A stretch of 64,000 bases of DNA, taken from an uncultured Gemmatimonadales bacterium. GTDB taxonomy: Bacteria > Gemmatimonadota > Gemmatimonadetes > Gemmatimonadales > GWC2-71-9. This document shows, in pieces, positions 1 to 11,598 of this stretch. How positions within the stretch are numbered: position 1 is the stretch's first letter; each line of letters opens with the position of its first letter. Below the pieces are notes generated by a model. It saw only the letters and a list, made by a program, of their open reading frames with translations, did not search any database and had not been told where the DNA came from. The position numbers were made by a program, and so were the translations under genes. The DNA is taken from NCBI GenBank assembly GCA_963697755.1, contig CAVOPE010000001.1:84912-148911 (forward strand), in the 5' to 3' direction.

Positions 1-840
1 AGCACCACGGACGGCCGGAGCCAGCCGTCCTCGGCGCGCGCGATGGCGACGAGATCGTCACCGTGCACCAGCGCGACGTCGCCCGAGACCTCGGGTGCCG
101 CCGCGACTGCTCGGCCATGGCTCACCGCGATCCGCTCGGCGTCGCCGAGCTCGAACGCGGGCAGGTGTCCGAGGGCGCGGCGCGGTGGGAGGACCACGTC
201 CCGGCTGAGCCGATCGAGCGGCACCGCGTCCTCCACCCGCAGAATCCCGATCGCCTCCCGGCGGAGCCCGGTGAGATGGGCCCCGACGCCGAGCCGCTCG
301 CCGAGATCTCGGGCCAGCGCGCGAAGGTAGGTGCCCGCGCTCACCGTCGCCCGGAACACCACCTGGGGCCACGCCACCCGGACGACCTCGATGGCGTGCA
401 CCGTGACCATCGCGTCCGGCGGGTCCACCGGAACCCCGCGCCGCGCCAGACGGTAGCTCCGCTCGCCGTCCACGTGCTTGGCCGAGTATCGCGGCGGCCG
501 CTGGCGCTGCTCGCCCACGAAGTCACCGGAGGGCCCTGGCGATGTCCGCCTCCGTCGGGGGCACGGCGTCGGCCGGCTCGCCCAGCGGCCGACCCGTCAG
601 GTCGTCGGTGTCGGTCGCGAACCCCAGCCGCGCGGTGGCGAGATAGGTCTTCCGCTCCGCCTCGACGTAGCGGGCCAGCCGCGTCGCCCGGCCGACCAGG
701 ATCACCAGCAGCCCGGTCGCGAACGGGTCCAGCGTGCCCGTGTGTCCGACGGCCCGGATCCCCAGTACCCGCCGGGCGCGCTGCACCACGTCGTGCGAGG
801 TGAGCCCCGCCGGCTTGTCGAGGAGAACCGCGCCGATCAG
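1..840 (-). CDS. truB: tRNA pseudouridine(55) synthase TruB; 3' end runs off the window; reading frame broken near 523-535
   Basis: The frame ending at stop 523 reads LIGAVLLDKPAGLTSHDVV..AVGHTGTLDPFATGLLVILVG (TruB motifs). A second frame continues GDFVGEQRQRPPRYSAKHVDGERSYRLARRG and stays open to base 1. Start uncertain: CTG at 840 overlaps the rbfA stop. Confidence 0.8.
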
Positions 841-1202
841 CGTGTCTCCTCGCGCCGGATGCCCTCGAGCAGCTCGTTGATCCGCGCGGCGTGCTGCAGG
901 CCCTTGTCGAGCTCGAAATGGAGCTCCGGCACGATACGGGTCGACAACGTCTTCGCGGCACGCGAACGGAGAAAGCCCGCGGCGCTTTGCAGCCCCTCGA
1001 GCGCCCGGTCGCGCGTGGCGTCGTCGCCCGGCATGCTCACCATGATGCGGGCGTGCGAGAGATCGGGGGTCACCAGGACGGCGGTCACGGTCACGAACCC
1101 GACCCGCGGGTCGCGCACCTCGCGCGCCAGGGCCTCGGTGATCACCTGCCGCAGCGTCTCGCCCACCTGCTCGGGGCGCCTGGAGGACGACTTCATCGCC
1201 AT
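837..1202 (-). CDS. rbfA: ribosome-binding factor A
   Basis: 121 aa from ATG 1202: MAMKSSSRRPEQVGETLRQVITEALAREVRDPRVGFVTVTAV.., typical RbfA. Lies in the conserved position between infB and truB. Confidence 0.85.
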   Translation of the reverse strand: MAMKSSSRRPEQVGETLRQVITEALAREVRDPRVGFVTVTAVLVTPDLSHARIMVSMPGDDATRDRALEGLQSAAGFLRSRAAKTLSTRIVPELHFELDKGLQHAARINELLEGIRREETR

Positions 1203-1470
1203 ACCGTCACCGTATCCACGATCCGCACGCCGTCGCTCTCCTCGACCACTCGGTCGGCCGCGCGCAGGGTCTCCTCGACGACGGGCCGCGCGGACCCCAC
1301 GGCCGCGCACGCGATCTCGCCGCGCTGCCAGAGGTCCTGGTGGCCGGTCTCCGCCACCGACACGTTCAGTTTGTGGCGGAGCGCCGCCGTCAGCGGCTTG
1401 ATGATCCCGCGCTTCTCCTTCAACGAACGACACCCCGGGAGGTGCAGCTCCCAGACCTGGACGCCGACGA

Positions 1471-1474
<4 letters not shown>
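1193..1474 (-). CDS. DUF503 (YlxP-like) protein
   Basis: 93 aa, MIVGVQVWELHLPGCRSLKEKRGIIKPL.., the small family usually found between infB and rbfA. GTGA overlap with the infB stop. Confidence 0.7.
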
Positions 1475-4203
<2,729 letters not shown>

Positions 4204-4214
4204 TCAATCCTCCA

Positions 4215-4526
4215 TCAGGAGCGTACGGGCGCCAGCGGCACCATGCCGTCAGCCAACGCGCGGTCGCGTACGCCTACCGCCATGACCGGCGGCTTTCCCA
4301 GCTGCGCGCCGATCGCGGCGGCGCACGGGCCCGCCAGGATCGGCACCTGCTTCGCCGACGCCAGCCGGACCACTTTATCCACGGCGCGCGGGCTCGCGTC
4401 TTCGGCCAGCACCACGCACCAGATCTTCCCCGCCTGCAGCTCGCTCCGCACCGCGTCTACACCGACCACGATGCGCCGACCACGAAAGCCCAGCCCGAGG
4501 AGCCCGAGCAGGCCGCCGGTCGGCAC
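4215..4526 (-). CDS. L7Ae/YlxQ-like RNA-binding protein
   Basis: 103 aa, RRIVVGVDAVRSELQAGKIWCVVLAEDASPRAVDKVVRLA.. Lies between nusA and infB, as ylxQ-type genes do. Confidence 0.6.
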   Translation of the reverse strand: MPTGGLLGLLGLGFRGRRIVVGVDAVRSELQAGKIWCVVLAEDASPRAVDKVVRLASAKQVPILAGPCAAAIGAQLGKPPVMAVGVRDRALADGMVPLAPVRS

Positions 4527-4529
4527 GGA

Positions 4530-5837
4530 CTACTTCTCGCCGCCGTCCTCGTCGGTCAGCTCCGCCACGAAGGCGAGGAGCTGCTCCGAGGCCTCGGGCG
4601 TCATCCCTGGAATCTTGGCGATGTCCTCGCGCTCGAGATCGAGGATGTCGTTCAGCATCCGGTAGCCCGCGCTCTCCAGAATCGCCGTGAGCTCGGGCGT
4701 GAGGCCCTTGAGCTCGCTGAGCGGGATCTGGGCGACGGTCTCCTCTTCGGGCGGCAGCGGCGCGAAGAGCGGGCCTTCGCCCCCGCGCTCGAGCCACTCG
4801 CGGCTGGAGTAGAGATCGATCTTCCACCCGGTGAGCTCGGAGGCGAGCCGAACGTTCTGGCCGTTCCGCCCGATCGCAAGGGAAAGCTGGTCCTCGTCCA
4901 CCACGGCCTGGATGGTCTTGGCCTCGGGATCGCTGAACACCTTCGCCACGCGCGCGGGCGCGAGCGCCAGGCGGGCGAACCGCTCGGGGTCGGGCGACCA
5001 GGGCACGATGTCGATCCGCTCGCCGCCCAGTTCGTTCACCACGGCCTGCACGCGCGACCCCTTGAGGCCGACGCAGGCGCCCACCGGATCGATGGCGTCG
5101 TCGCGCGAGATCACGGCCACCTTGGTGCGGCTTCCGACCTCACGGGCGATGGCGCGGATCTCGACGATCTGCTGCTGGATCTCGGGCACCTCGAGCTTGA
5201 ACAGTGCCTTCACGAACAGCGGATCGCCGCGCGACAGGATGAGCCGCGGGCCCTTGGGCGTCTCCTCGAGTCGCTTGAGCACCGCCCGGATCGTGTCGCC
5301 CTGGTGGAAGTGCTCCCGGTGGTTCTGCTCGCGGTACGGGATGATGGCCTCGGCCTCGCGAAACTTGTTCAGCATGATGACGAGCTTGCCGCGCTCGATC
5401 TGCTGGACCTCGCCCGAGAGCAGTTCGCCGACCTTGGAGGTGAACTCCTCGCGGATCCGCATCCGCTCGCCCTCGCGGACGCGCTGGATGATGCGCTGCT
5501 TGGCCGCCTGCACCGCGAGGCGGCCGAACTCGACGAACGGGACCTCTTCCTCGAGCATGTCGCCGACCTGGAAGTCGGGATCCTCGTAGCGGGCCTCCTC
5601 CAGGGCGATCTGCCAGCTCGGATCCTCGACCGCTTCCACCACCTGGCGGAGACGAGTCACCTTGATGGTGCCCTGCATCTCGTCCACGCTCAGCTCGAAC
5701 TTGACGTTCGGGCCGAACTTGCGGACCAGCGCCGCCTGGATGCCGTCGCGCAGCAGATCCAGCAGATCGGAGCGCTCCAGCTGCTTCGCGGTGGTCAGCT
5801 CGCGGAACGCGGCCAACATCTCGGTCGATCCTGCCAT
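4530..5837 (-). CDS. nusA: transcription termination/antitermination factor NusA
   Basis: ORF 4530-5903. Preferred start is ATG 5837 (AGGAG about 11 nt upstream). S1 and KH-like segments are present (..ACVGLKGSRVQAVVNELGGERIDIV..), with a C-terminal HhH-like tail. Confidence 0.9.
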   Translation of the reverse strand: MAGSTEMLAAFRELTTAKQLERSDLLDLLRDGIQAALVRKFGPNVKFELSVDEMQGTIKVTRLRQVVEAVEDPSWQIALEEARYEDPDFQVGDMLEEEVPFVEFGRLAVQAAKQRIIQRVREGERMRIREEFTSKVGELLSGEVQQIERGKLVIMLNKFREAEAIIPYREQNHREHFHQGDTIRAVLKRLEETPKGPRLILSRGDPLFVKALFKLEVPEIQQQIVEIRAIAREVGSRTKVAVISRDDAIDPVGACVGLKGSRVQAVVNELGGERIDIVPWSPDPERFARLALAPARVAKVFSDPEAKTIQAVVDEDQLSLAIGRNGQNVRLASELTGWKIDLYSSREWLERGGEGPLFAPLPPEEETVAQIPLSELKGLTPELTAILESAGYRMLNDILDLEREDIAKIPGMTPEASEQLLAFVAELTDEDGGEK

Positions 5838-5997
5838 TCGTGTCACTCCTGTATCGCGAGTGGGCCTCGCGTTCACCCTCATCATTCGACCAACATTCGA
5901 CACTCGACCATCATTCGACGCGGCTCAGGCCGCCTTCGGATTTCGCCTTCAAGCGCACGGAGCAAGGGCACCCGGTTTCTCCGAGGGACACCGGCCG

Positions 5998-6498
5998 CTA
6001 GCGCCGCCGGTGTCCGGCGGGTCCCCGCCGCGGCAGGCCCGGCAGCTCGACGACCAGTCTCGCCTCGCGAATGTCCGCGAGCGGCAGCGTCGTCTCGGTG
6101 CCGTCGACCCGTACGATCACGTGCTCGTCGTCCGGCACCGCCAGGATCTCCACCTGCCGCTGCCCCCCCAGCGCCTCGGCGCGCACCCGCGCGTGCTGCC
6201 CCACGAAGCGCCGCCAGTGGGCGGGCCAGCGGAGCGGGCGCTCGATGCCGGGGGACGAGACCTCCAGCACGTAGCGCGGACCGACCATCGCGCTCGATTC
6301 CAGGAAACGCTCGAGGGACCGGCTGATTCCCGCGCAGTCGTCGGCCGTGATGCCCTGGCCGGGTCGGCTGTCCGGGCGGTCCACCCGTACCTGCAGGATG
6401 GGGCGCTCCAGCGTTCCGACGCGGCGCAGATCGACCAGCTCGAACCCGAGGCCGGCAATGTGGTCGCGAATCGGTGCAAGAAGCGCGTCGACAGACAT
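5998..6498 (-). CDS. rimP: ribosome maturation factor RimP
   Basis: Internal ATG 6498 gives MSVDALLAPIRDHIAGLGFELVDLRRVG.., typical RimP. Directly upstream of nusA. Confidence 0.85.
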   Translation of the reverse strand: MSVDALLAPIRDHIAGLGFELVDLRRVGTLERPILQVRVDRPDSRPGQGITADDCAGISRSLERFLESSAMVGPRYVLEVSSPGIERPLRWPAHWRRFVGQHARVRAEALGGQRQVEILAVPDDEHVIVRVDGTETTLPLADIREARLVVELPGLPRRGPAGHRRR

Positions 6499-6510
6499 CG
6501 GGGTTGCAGG

Positions 6511-6539
6511 AAAAAAAATGTGGGGGAACTCCCCCACAT
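6511..6539 (-). terminator. intrinsic terminator / leader attenuator 12 nt upstream of the rimP start
   Basis: The minus-strand RNA is AUGUGGGGGA-GU-UCCCCCACAU followed by a U7-8 tract (A8 run on the plus strand at 6511-6518). Confidence 0.65.
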
Positions 6540-6581
6540 CGACAGTTGGCCCGACCAAGCGCCCCCCGGGACAGCAGCTAA

Positions 6582-6610
6582 ATATTATCGCCACCAGGGG
6601 GTGGAGTCAA
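6582..6610 (-). promoter_or_regulatory. candidate sigma70-type promoter of the rimP-nusA-infB operon
   Basis: On the minus strand: TTGACT (6610-6605), 17 nt spacer, TAATAT (6587-6582). The -35 overlaps the pgeF stop codon. Confidence 0.5.
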
Positions 6611-7311
6611 TCGGATGGACGCAGTCCGAGATAGCCGACCATCCGCCCGTCCGCCCCCCGGGAGGCGCGGTGACTATAGAAGAAGGAACGGTCGTGGCCG
6701 CTGCACCAAGGCGAAACCGAGACCGTCCGGATGCCCAGCCGCTCCGCCTCCCCGGCCAGGCGGGACCTGAGGTCGAGGTGCCACGGTCCGTCCCCCACCG
6801 GCGCCACGCCGCAGCCGATCAGGACCTCAGAGCCAACTTCATAGCACTGGCCGCAAATGCCTACACCACAATGCATTAACACTTCAGAAGCATCGGCGTC
6901 AGTCGCCTGCAGCAAACCCGCGAGGCCCCGGCCCAGGATGCCGCCCGCCACCCCGCGCCAGCCCGCGTGGAGCAACGCCACGCCGCGGCCCGGCACGGTG
7001 AGGTAGACGGGAATACAGTCCGCGATGGTGACGGTCAGCAGGATCCCGGGAGTGGTGGTGACCCATCCATCCACGCCGTCGATCTGCACCCACCCGCGCG
7101 CGGAGTGTACCCGCTCGACCACGGTCCCGTGCACTTGGTTCCCCAGCACGACCGCGTCGAACGCCGGCGATGCGCGGCGGAAGGCCCGCCACCGGCTCAT
7201 GGTCTCAGTGATGGGCGCGTCGGACCAGAGACCGAGGTCGAATCCCCGCCCTGGCTCGGCGCCGCGACCGGTGATCCCCGCCACCACACCGTGGCGAGAC
7301 CACTCGGACAC
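6607..7311 (-). CDS. pgeF: YfiH/PgeF family (DUF152) purine nucleoside phosphorylase / laccase-domain protein
   Basis: 234 aa with family-typical segments ADCIPVYL, LLHAGWRG and HCGVGICGQCYEV. Confidence 0.75.
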   Translation of the reverse strand: MSEWSRHGVVAGITGRGAEPGRGFDLGLWSDAPITETMSRWRAFRRASPAFDAVVLGNQVHGTVVERVHSARGWVQIDGVDGWVTTTPGILLTVTIADCIPVYLTVPGRGVALLHAGWRGVAGGILGRGLAGLLQATDADASEVLMHCGVGICGQCYEVGSEVLIGCGVAPVGDGPWHLDLRSRLAGEAERLGIRTVSVSPWCSGHDRSFFYSHRASRGADGRMVGYLGLRPSD

Positions 7312-7371
7312 TTCATAGAGGGGGAGAGGCCCGGCCGCGGGCGACTCGCGCAGGGTGATCAGGCCGCGCCC

Positions 7372-8664
7372 TCAGTCATCGGCGCGCTCGATGTCCGCGC
7401 CGAGCGCGCGCAGGCGCTCGTCGATCCGTTCGTACCCGCGCTCGATCTGGCCCACGTTGTGGATGGTGCTCGAGCCGTCGGCGGCGAGGGCGGCGAGCAG
7501 CATCGCCATCCCCGCGCGGATGTCGGGCGACTCGACGATGCCGCCCTTGAGCGGCGACGGTCCCGAGATGACGGCCCGGTGCGGATCGCAGAGCACGATC
7601 CGGGCGCCCATGCCTATCAGCTTGTCCACGAAGAACAGTCGCGACTCGAACATCTTCTCGAACACCAGCAGCATGCCGGCGCACTGCGTCGCGCTGACGA
7701 TGGTGGTGGACATGACGTCGGCGGGGAACGCCGGCCACGGTCCGTCCTCGAGCTTGGGCACGTGCCCGCCGAGATCGGGCCGGATGCGGCGCTCCTGATC
7801 GGCGTCCACCGTCAGCCGCTGGCCGTCGACCCGCGGCCGAATGCCTAGCCGCTCGAAGCCCAGCAGCGTGCTCCGGAGATCGTCGGACCGCACGGGGTCG
7901 ATGGTGATCTCGCCGTTCGTCACCGCGGCCAGGCCGATGAAGCTGCCGATCTCGATGTGGTCGGGGCCGATGGCGTACCCGGCGCCGGCCAGGGGGCGTC
8001 CGCCTTCCACCGTGTAGATGTTCGACCCGATGCCGTCGATATGCGCCCCCATCGCTACGAGCGCCCGGGCGAGATCCTGGACGTGCGGCTCGCAGGCCGC
8101 GTTCCGCAGGACCGTTCTCCCCTTCGCGGCGACGGCGGCCATGAGGGCGTTCTCGGTCCCGGTGACGCTCGGCTCGTCGAGGAAGATGTCGGCCCCGACC
8201 AGCCCCTTCTTGGCTTCGAGCTCGTACCGATCGCCCACGGTGACCGAGGCGCCGAGTTGCTCCAGCGCGAGGAAATGCGTGTCCACCCGCCGCCGCCCGA
8301 TGACGTCCCCGCCGGGCGGCGGCAGGGTCACCTTGCCGAAGCGGGCGAGCAGGGGGCCGGCCAGCAGGATCGACGCGCGAATTCGTGCGCAGAGCTTCGG
8401 ATCGAGCGGCTTGGGGCGAACCGTCCGCGCGTCGACCCGGACGAGGTTCGGCCCCATCCACTCGGCCGACGCGCCGAGATCGACCAGCAGCGCGAGCATG
8501 GTCTCGACGTCGCGGATCCGCGGAATGTTGTCGAGCTCCATCGGACCGTCGGCGAGGACGGTGCTGGCGAGGATCGGCAAGGCGGCGTTCTTGTTGCCGG
8601 CGGGGCGAATGGCACCGCGCAGAGGGCGACCGCCGCGCACGAGGAAACGAGGAGGCATGGCCAA
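7372..8664 (-). CDS. murA: UDP-N-acetylglucosamine 1-carboxyvinyltransferase
   Basis: 430 aa, ..IRPAGNKNAALPILAS.., ..PGGDVIGRRRVDTHF.., a full-length MurA-like sequence. Confidence 0.92.
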   Translation of the reverse strand: MAMPPRFLVRGGRPLRGAIRPAGNKNAALPILASTVLADGPMELDNIPRIRDVETMLALLVDLGASAEWMGPNLVRVDARTVRPKPLDPKLCARIRASILLAGPLLARFGKVTLPPPGGDVIGRRRVDTHFLALEQLGASVTVGDRYELEAKKGLVGADIFLDEPSVTGTENALMAAVAAKGRTVLRNAACEPHVQDLARALVAMGAHIDGIGSNIYTVEGGRPLAGAGYAIGPDHIEIGSFIGLAAVTNGEITIDPVRSDDLRSTLLGFERLGIRPRVDGQRLTVDADQERRIRPDLGGHVPKLEDGPWPAFPADVMSTTIVSATQCAGMLLVFEKMFESRLFFVDKLIGMGARIVLCDPHRAVISGPSPLKGGIVESPDIRAGMAMLLAALAADGSSTIHNVGQIERGYERIDERLRALGADIERADD

Positions 8665-8862
8665 AGCTCGTGCGGTCGAGGAATGGCGTCAAGCGGACCA
8701 AGGGGGTTGCGGTGCACCACCGATGCCGTTGTTTTTCGGTTGGCGCGTCGCCGCCGGTGCTCGACCGGCGGGGCCGTCCGCCTTCTCGTGGAGGACACCG
8801 TGGGAACGCACACGCTTGCTCTGCTGCAGGTCGCCGACCAGCCCGGCTGGGTCGGCCCGACC

Positions 8863-9288
8863 ATGGCCGTCTCGCTCGCGGTCATCGCGCTCTCGATCCT
8901 CGGCGCGGCGGCGGCCATCGCGATCGCGGCGCTGCGACTGTCCGCCCAGGCGAAACGGATCAGCGCGACCATCGACGGCCTTCAGGACGACGTCGCGCAG
9001 ACGCTCAAGGCGGGCCGCCGGCTCACCGAGCAGGCCCAGGACCTGATGGTTCTCGTGCGCCACGAGGCCGGCGCCCTCGCGCAGACCAGCCGGCGTGTCC
9101 GCCGCAAGGTGGTGCGCGGTGTCGACCGCATGGAGGGGAAGTTGAGCGACCTCGAGACGCTGTACGATCTGGTGCACGGGGAGGTGGAGGACGCCGCGCT
9201 CGACGTCGCGGCCACGCTTCGGTCGGTGCGCCGGGGTAACGGCGTGCTCGGCCGGGTACGGCGGTTGCTCGCGGCCGGTCGCTCATGA
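8863..9288 (+). CDS. membrane-anchored coiled-coil protein (DUF948/YtxH-like), hypothetical
   Basis: ATG 8863 gives MAVSLAVIALSILGAAAAIAIAAL (TM helix), then a helical charged region. In-frame GTGs at 8788 and 8800 are alternative starts. The stop overlaps the next start (ATGA). Confidence 0.55.
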   Translation: MAVSLAVIALSILGAAAAIAIAALRLSAQAKRISATIDGLQDDVAQTLKAGRRLTEQAQDLMVLVRHEAGALAQTSRRVRRKVVRGVDRMEGKLSDLETLYDLVHGEVEDAALDVAATLRSVRRGNGVLGRVRRLLAAGRS

Positions 9289-10253
9289 CGCTGGCGCGGC
9301 TCGCGCTCGCCTTCGCGGGCGTCGGGCTCGTGCTCCTGGCGCTCCCCGATGCGGCCCACGCATGGACCCCGGGTACGCACATCTATCTCGGCGAGTCCGT
9401 GCTCGCGAGCTTGGGGCAGCTCCCAGCCGCGGTGGCCGACCTGCTCCGGGCCTATCCGTTCGACTTCCTCTACGGCAACATCGCCGCCGACTCCTCCATC
9501 GCGAAGCACTACGCGCCGCTCGGCCGCCACTGCCACTACTGGCATGTCGGCCAGGAGATCCACGACCTCGCCGCGAGCGACGCCCTCCGCGCCTTCGGTC
9601 TGGGCTACCTCTGCCACCTCGCCGCCGACACCGTCGCCCACAACTACTTCGTCCCCCGGCAGCTGATGATCACCAGCAGCACGGCGGCCGTCGGCCACTC
9701 CTACTGGGAGACCCGAATCGAGACCCACCTGGGGGATGCCTACGCGAAGTCCGCCAAGGACGTGATCCTGCTGAACCACACCGAGGCCGACGCGCACCTC
9801 GACCGCATCATCGCGCCGACCATCTTCAGCGTGCGCACCAACCGCCGGCTGTTCCGGGGCATGGTGCACCTGACGGAGAGCTCGAGCTGGCAGCGCGCGA
9901 CTCAGGTGGCCCGCGAGTACAGCCGCTGGCCGCTCGGCGACGACGACGTCGAGCAGCATCTGGGGCTGTCGTACGATTACATGGTGGCGTTCCTCGGCGG
10001 CACCGATTCGCCCGCCCTGCAGCTCGACCCGTCGGGAGAGCGTCCGCTCAAGATCGCCAAGGAGCTTCGGCGTCGCGTCCTCCGCGACACCGGGCGGCGG
10101 AACCTCAGTCGCCTCGAGAGCGCCGCGCAGGAGCACTTCGGGCTGCCCGACCGGCCGCTCACCTTCTGGCCGGCCATCGCCAACCGCCTGCCCTGGGGCG
10201 CGCCCGAGAGCGCGGCGCCGTCCCCGCGCGCCCTCGTGAGCGGCGACCGCTGA
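9285..10253 (+). CDS. secreted zinc phospholipase C / S1-P1 nuclease superfamily protein
   Basis: The signal peptide ends ..LPDAAHA and is followed by WTPGTHIYLGE (N-terminal Trp hallmark). Later His/Asp-rich segments are HCHYWH and CHLAADTVAHNY. Confidence 0.6.
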   Translation: MTLARLALAFAGVGLVLLALPDAAHAWTPGTHIYLGESVLASLGQLPAAVADLLRAYPFDFLYGNIAADSSIAKHYAPLGRHCHYWHVGQEIHDLAASDALRAFGLGYLCHLAADTVAHNYFVPRQLMITSSTAAVGHSYWETRIETHLGDAYAKSAKDVILLNHTEADAHLDRIIAPTIFSVRTNRRLFRGMVHLTESSSWQRATQVAREYSRWPLGDDDVEQHLGLSYDYMVAFLGGTDSPALQLDPSGERPLKIAKELRRRVLRDTGRRNLSRLESAAQEHFGLPDRPLTFWPAIANRLPWGAPESAAPSPRALVSGDR

Positions 10254-10698
10254 ACGTCGACGAGGTGATCCGCCGGCTGGCGCTCCGTCCTCACCCTGAG
10301 GGGGGTACTACGGCGAGACGTTCCGCAGTCCGGTGCAGCTCACCCTGCCCGATGGCCGCGTCCGAAGCGCGTCGACCGCGATTCACTACCTCTTGCCCAG
10401 CGGTGACTGGAGCACCTGGCACCGGGTGCGGTCGGACGAAGTCTGGCATCACTACGACGGCGGCGCCCTTCGTCTCCACCGCCTGGGGCTTGGCGAGGTC
10501 GAGCTGAGCGTGAACATCCCGCAGGCGGTGGTGCCGGCCGGCGTGTGGCAGGCGGCCGAGCCGGCGGACGCTCCCGTGCTCTGCGGATGCACGGTTGCAC
10601 CGGGGTTCGATTTCGCCGATTTCGAGCTGGGAACAGTCGAGGCGCTGGTCGCCGAGTTTCCCGGAGTCGAGGCGCTCATCCGTCGACTGGCTCGATGA
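10250..10698 (+). CDS. DUF985 cupin-fold protein; frame broken in a G5 run at 10301-10305
   Basis: The N-terminal frame reads (L)NVDEVIRRLALRPHPEGG. The downstream frame reads YYGETFRSPVQLTLPDG..WHRVRSDEVWHHYDG... One G appears to be missing. Start is CTG 10250 (CTGA overlap) or GTG 10265. Confidence 0.65.
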
Positions 10699-11595
10699 GC
10701 CGGCGCGCGAGCGCGGCCGCGTGGCTGGCGTGCACCATTGCCGCCGGTCGCCTGACGGCGCAGGTGCCGCCGCCGGCGGATCGCCTCACGGTCGACACCC
10801 GGCCAACACCGGCGATGCGGGGCAGCGTCCTGTGGCTTTACGCGCGGCCGTCCGGCCCCGCCGATACGAGCCTCACGCTCGACGGATCGGCCGCCGGCGA
10901 GCCGCTCCACTTCGAGCACCTCCCCGACGGACGGTTCCGAAGCCTGCTCGGTATTCCGCTCGAGGGCGGCGATACCCTCCCGATCACCCTGCAACTGTCC
11001 ACCGGCGCCGTCACCGATACGGCGGTGATCGGGGTCCCGAGTCGGTCATCCGGCGGTCGTGAACGAGCGGCTGACCGTGGCGCCACGATTTGCCGAGCCC
11101 GACAGCGCCTCACGCGCGCGCATCGACGCGGAGGTGGCGCAGAGTCGCGCGATCTCCCGCAGGGCACACGACACGCCGCGTCTCTGGTCCGGCGCGTTCG
11201 TGCGGCCGCGGCCGGGCCGGATCACCAGCGTGTATGGCAATGGTCGGGAGTTCAACGGGACCGTGACGAGCCAGCATCTCGGCACCGACTTCGCCGGCAG
11301 TCTGGGCGCGCCGGTGCGGGCGGCGGGACGCGCGGTGGTCGCGCTGGTGGCGAACTTCTACCTGGCGGGCCACGCGGTCTACTTGGATCACGGCGGCGGG
11401 TTGATGACCGGCTATTTCCACCTCAGCCGCGTGGACGTCGCCGTCGGCGACACGGTGGCGGCCGGCCAGATCATCGGCGGGGTCGGGCGAACCGGCCGAG
11501 CGACCGGCCCGCATCTGCACTGGATCGCCCGCTACGGTGGCATCACGGTGGATCCGACGTCGCTCTTCCGGCTGGGGGCGCCGGACCCGAAGTAG
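10695..11595 (+). CDS. M23 family metallopeptidase with signal peptide; frame broken near 11040
   Basis: ATG 10695 (ATGA overlap) gives MSRRASAAAWLACTIAAGRLTAQ... After ..AVIGVP the frame shifts by +1 to VGHPAVVNERLTV... The C-terminal part has HLGTDFAG and GPHLHW (M23 motifs). Confidence 0.75.
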
Positions 11596-11598
11596 GGT

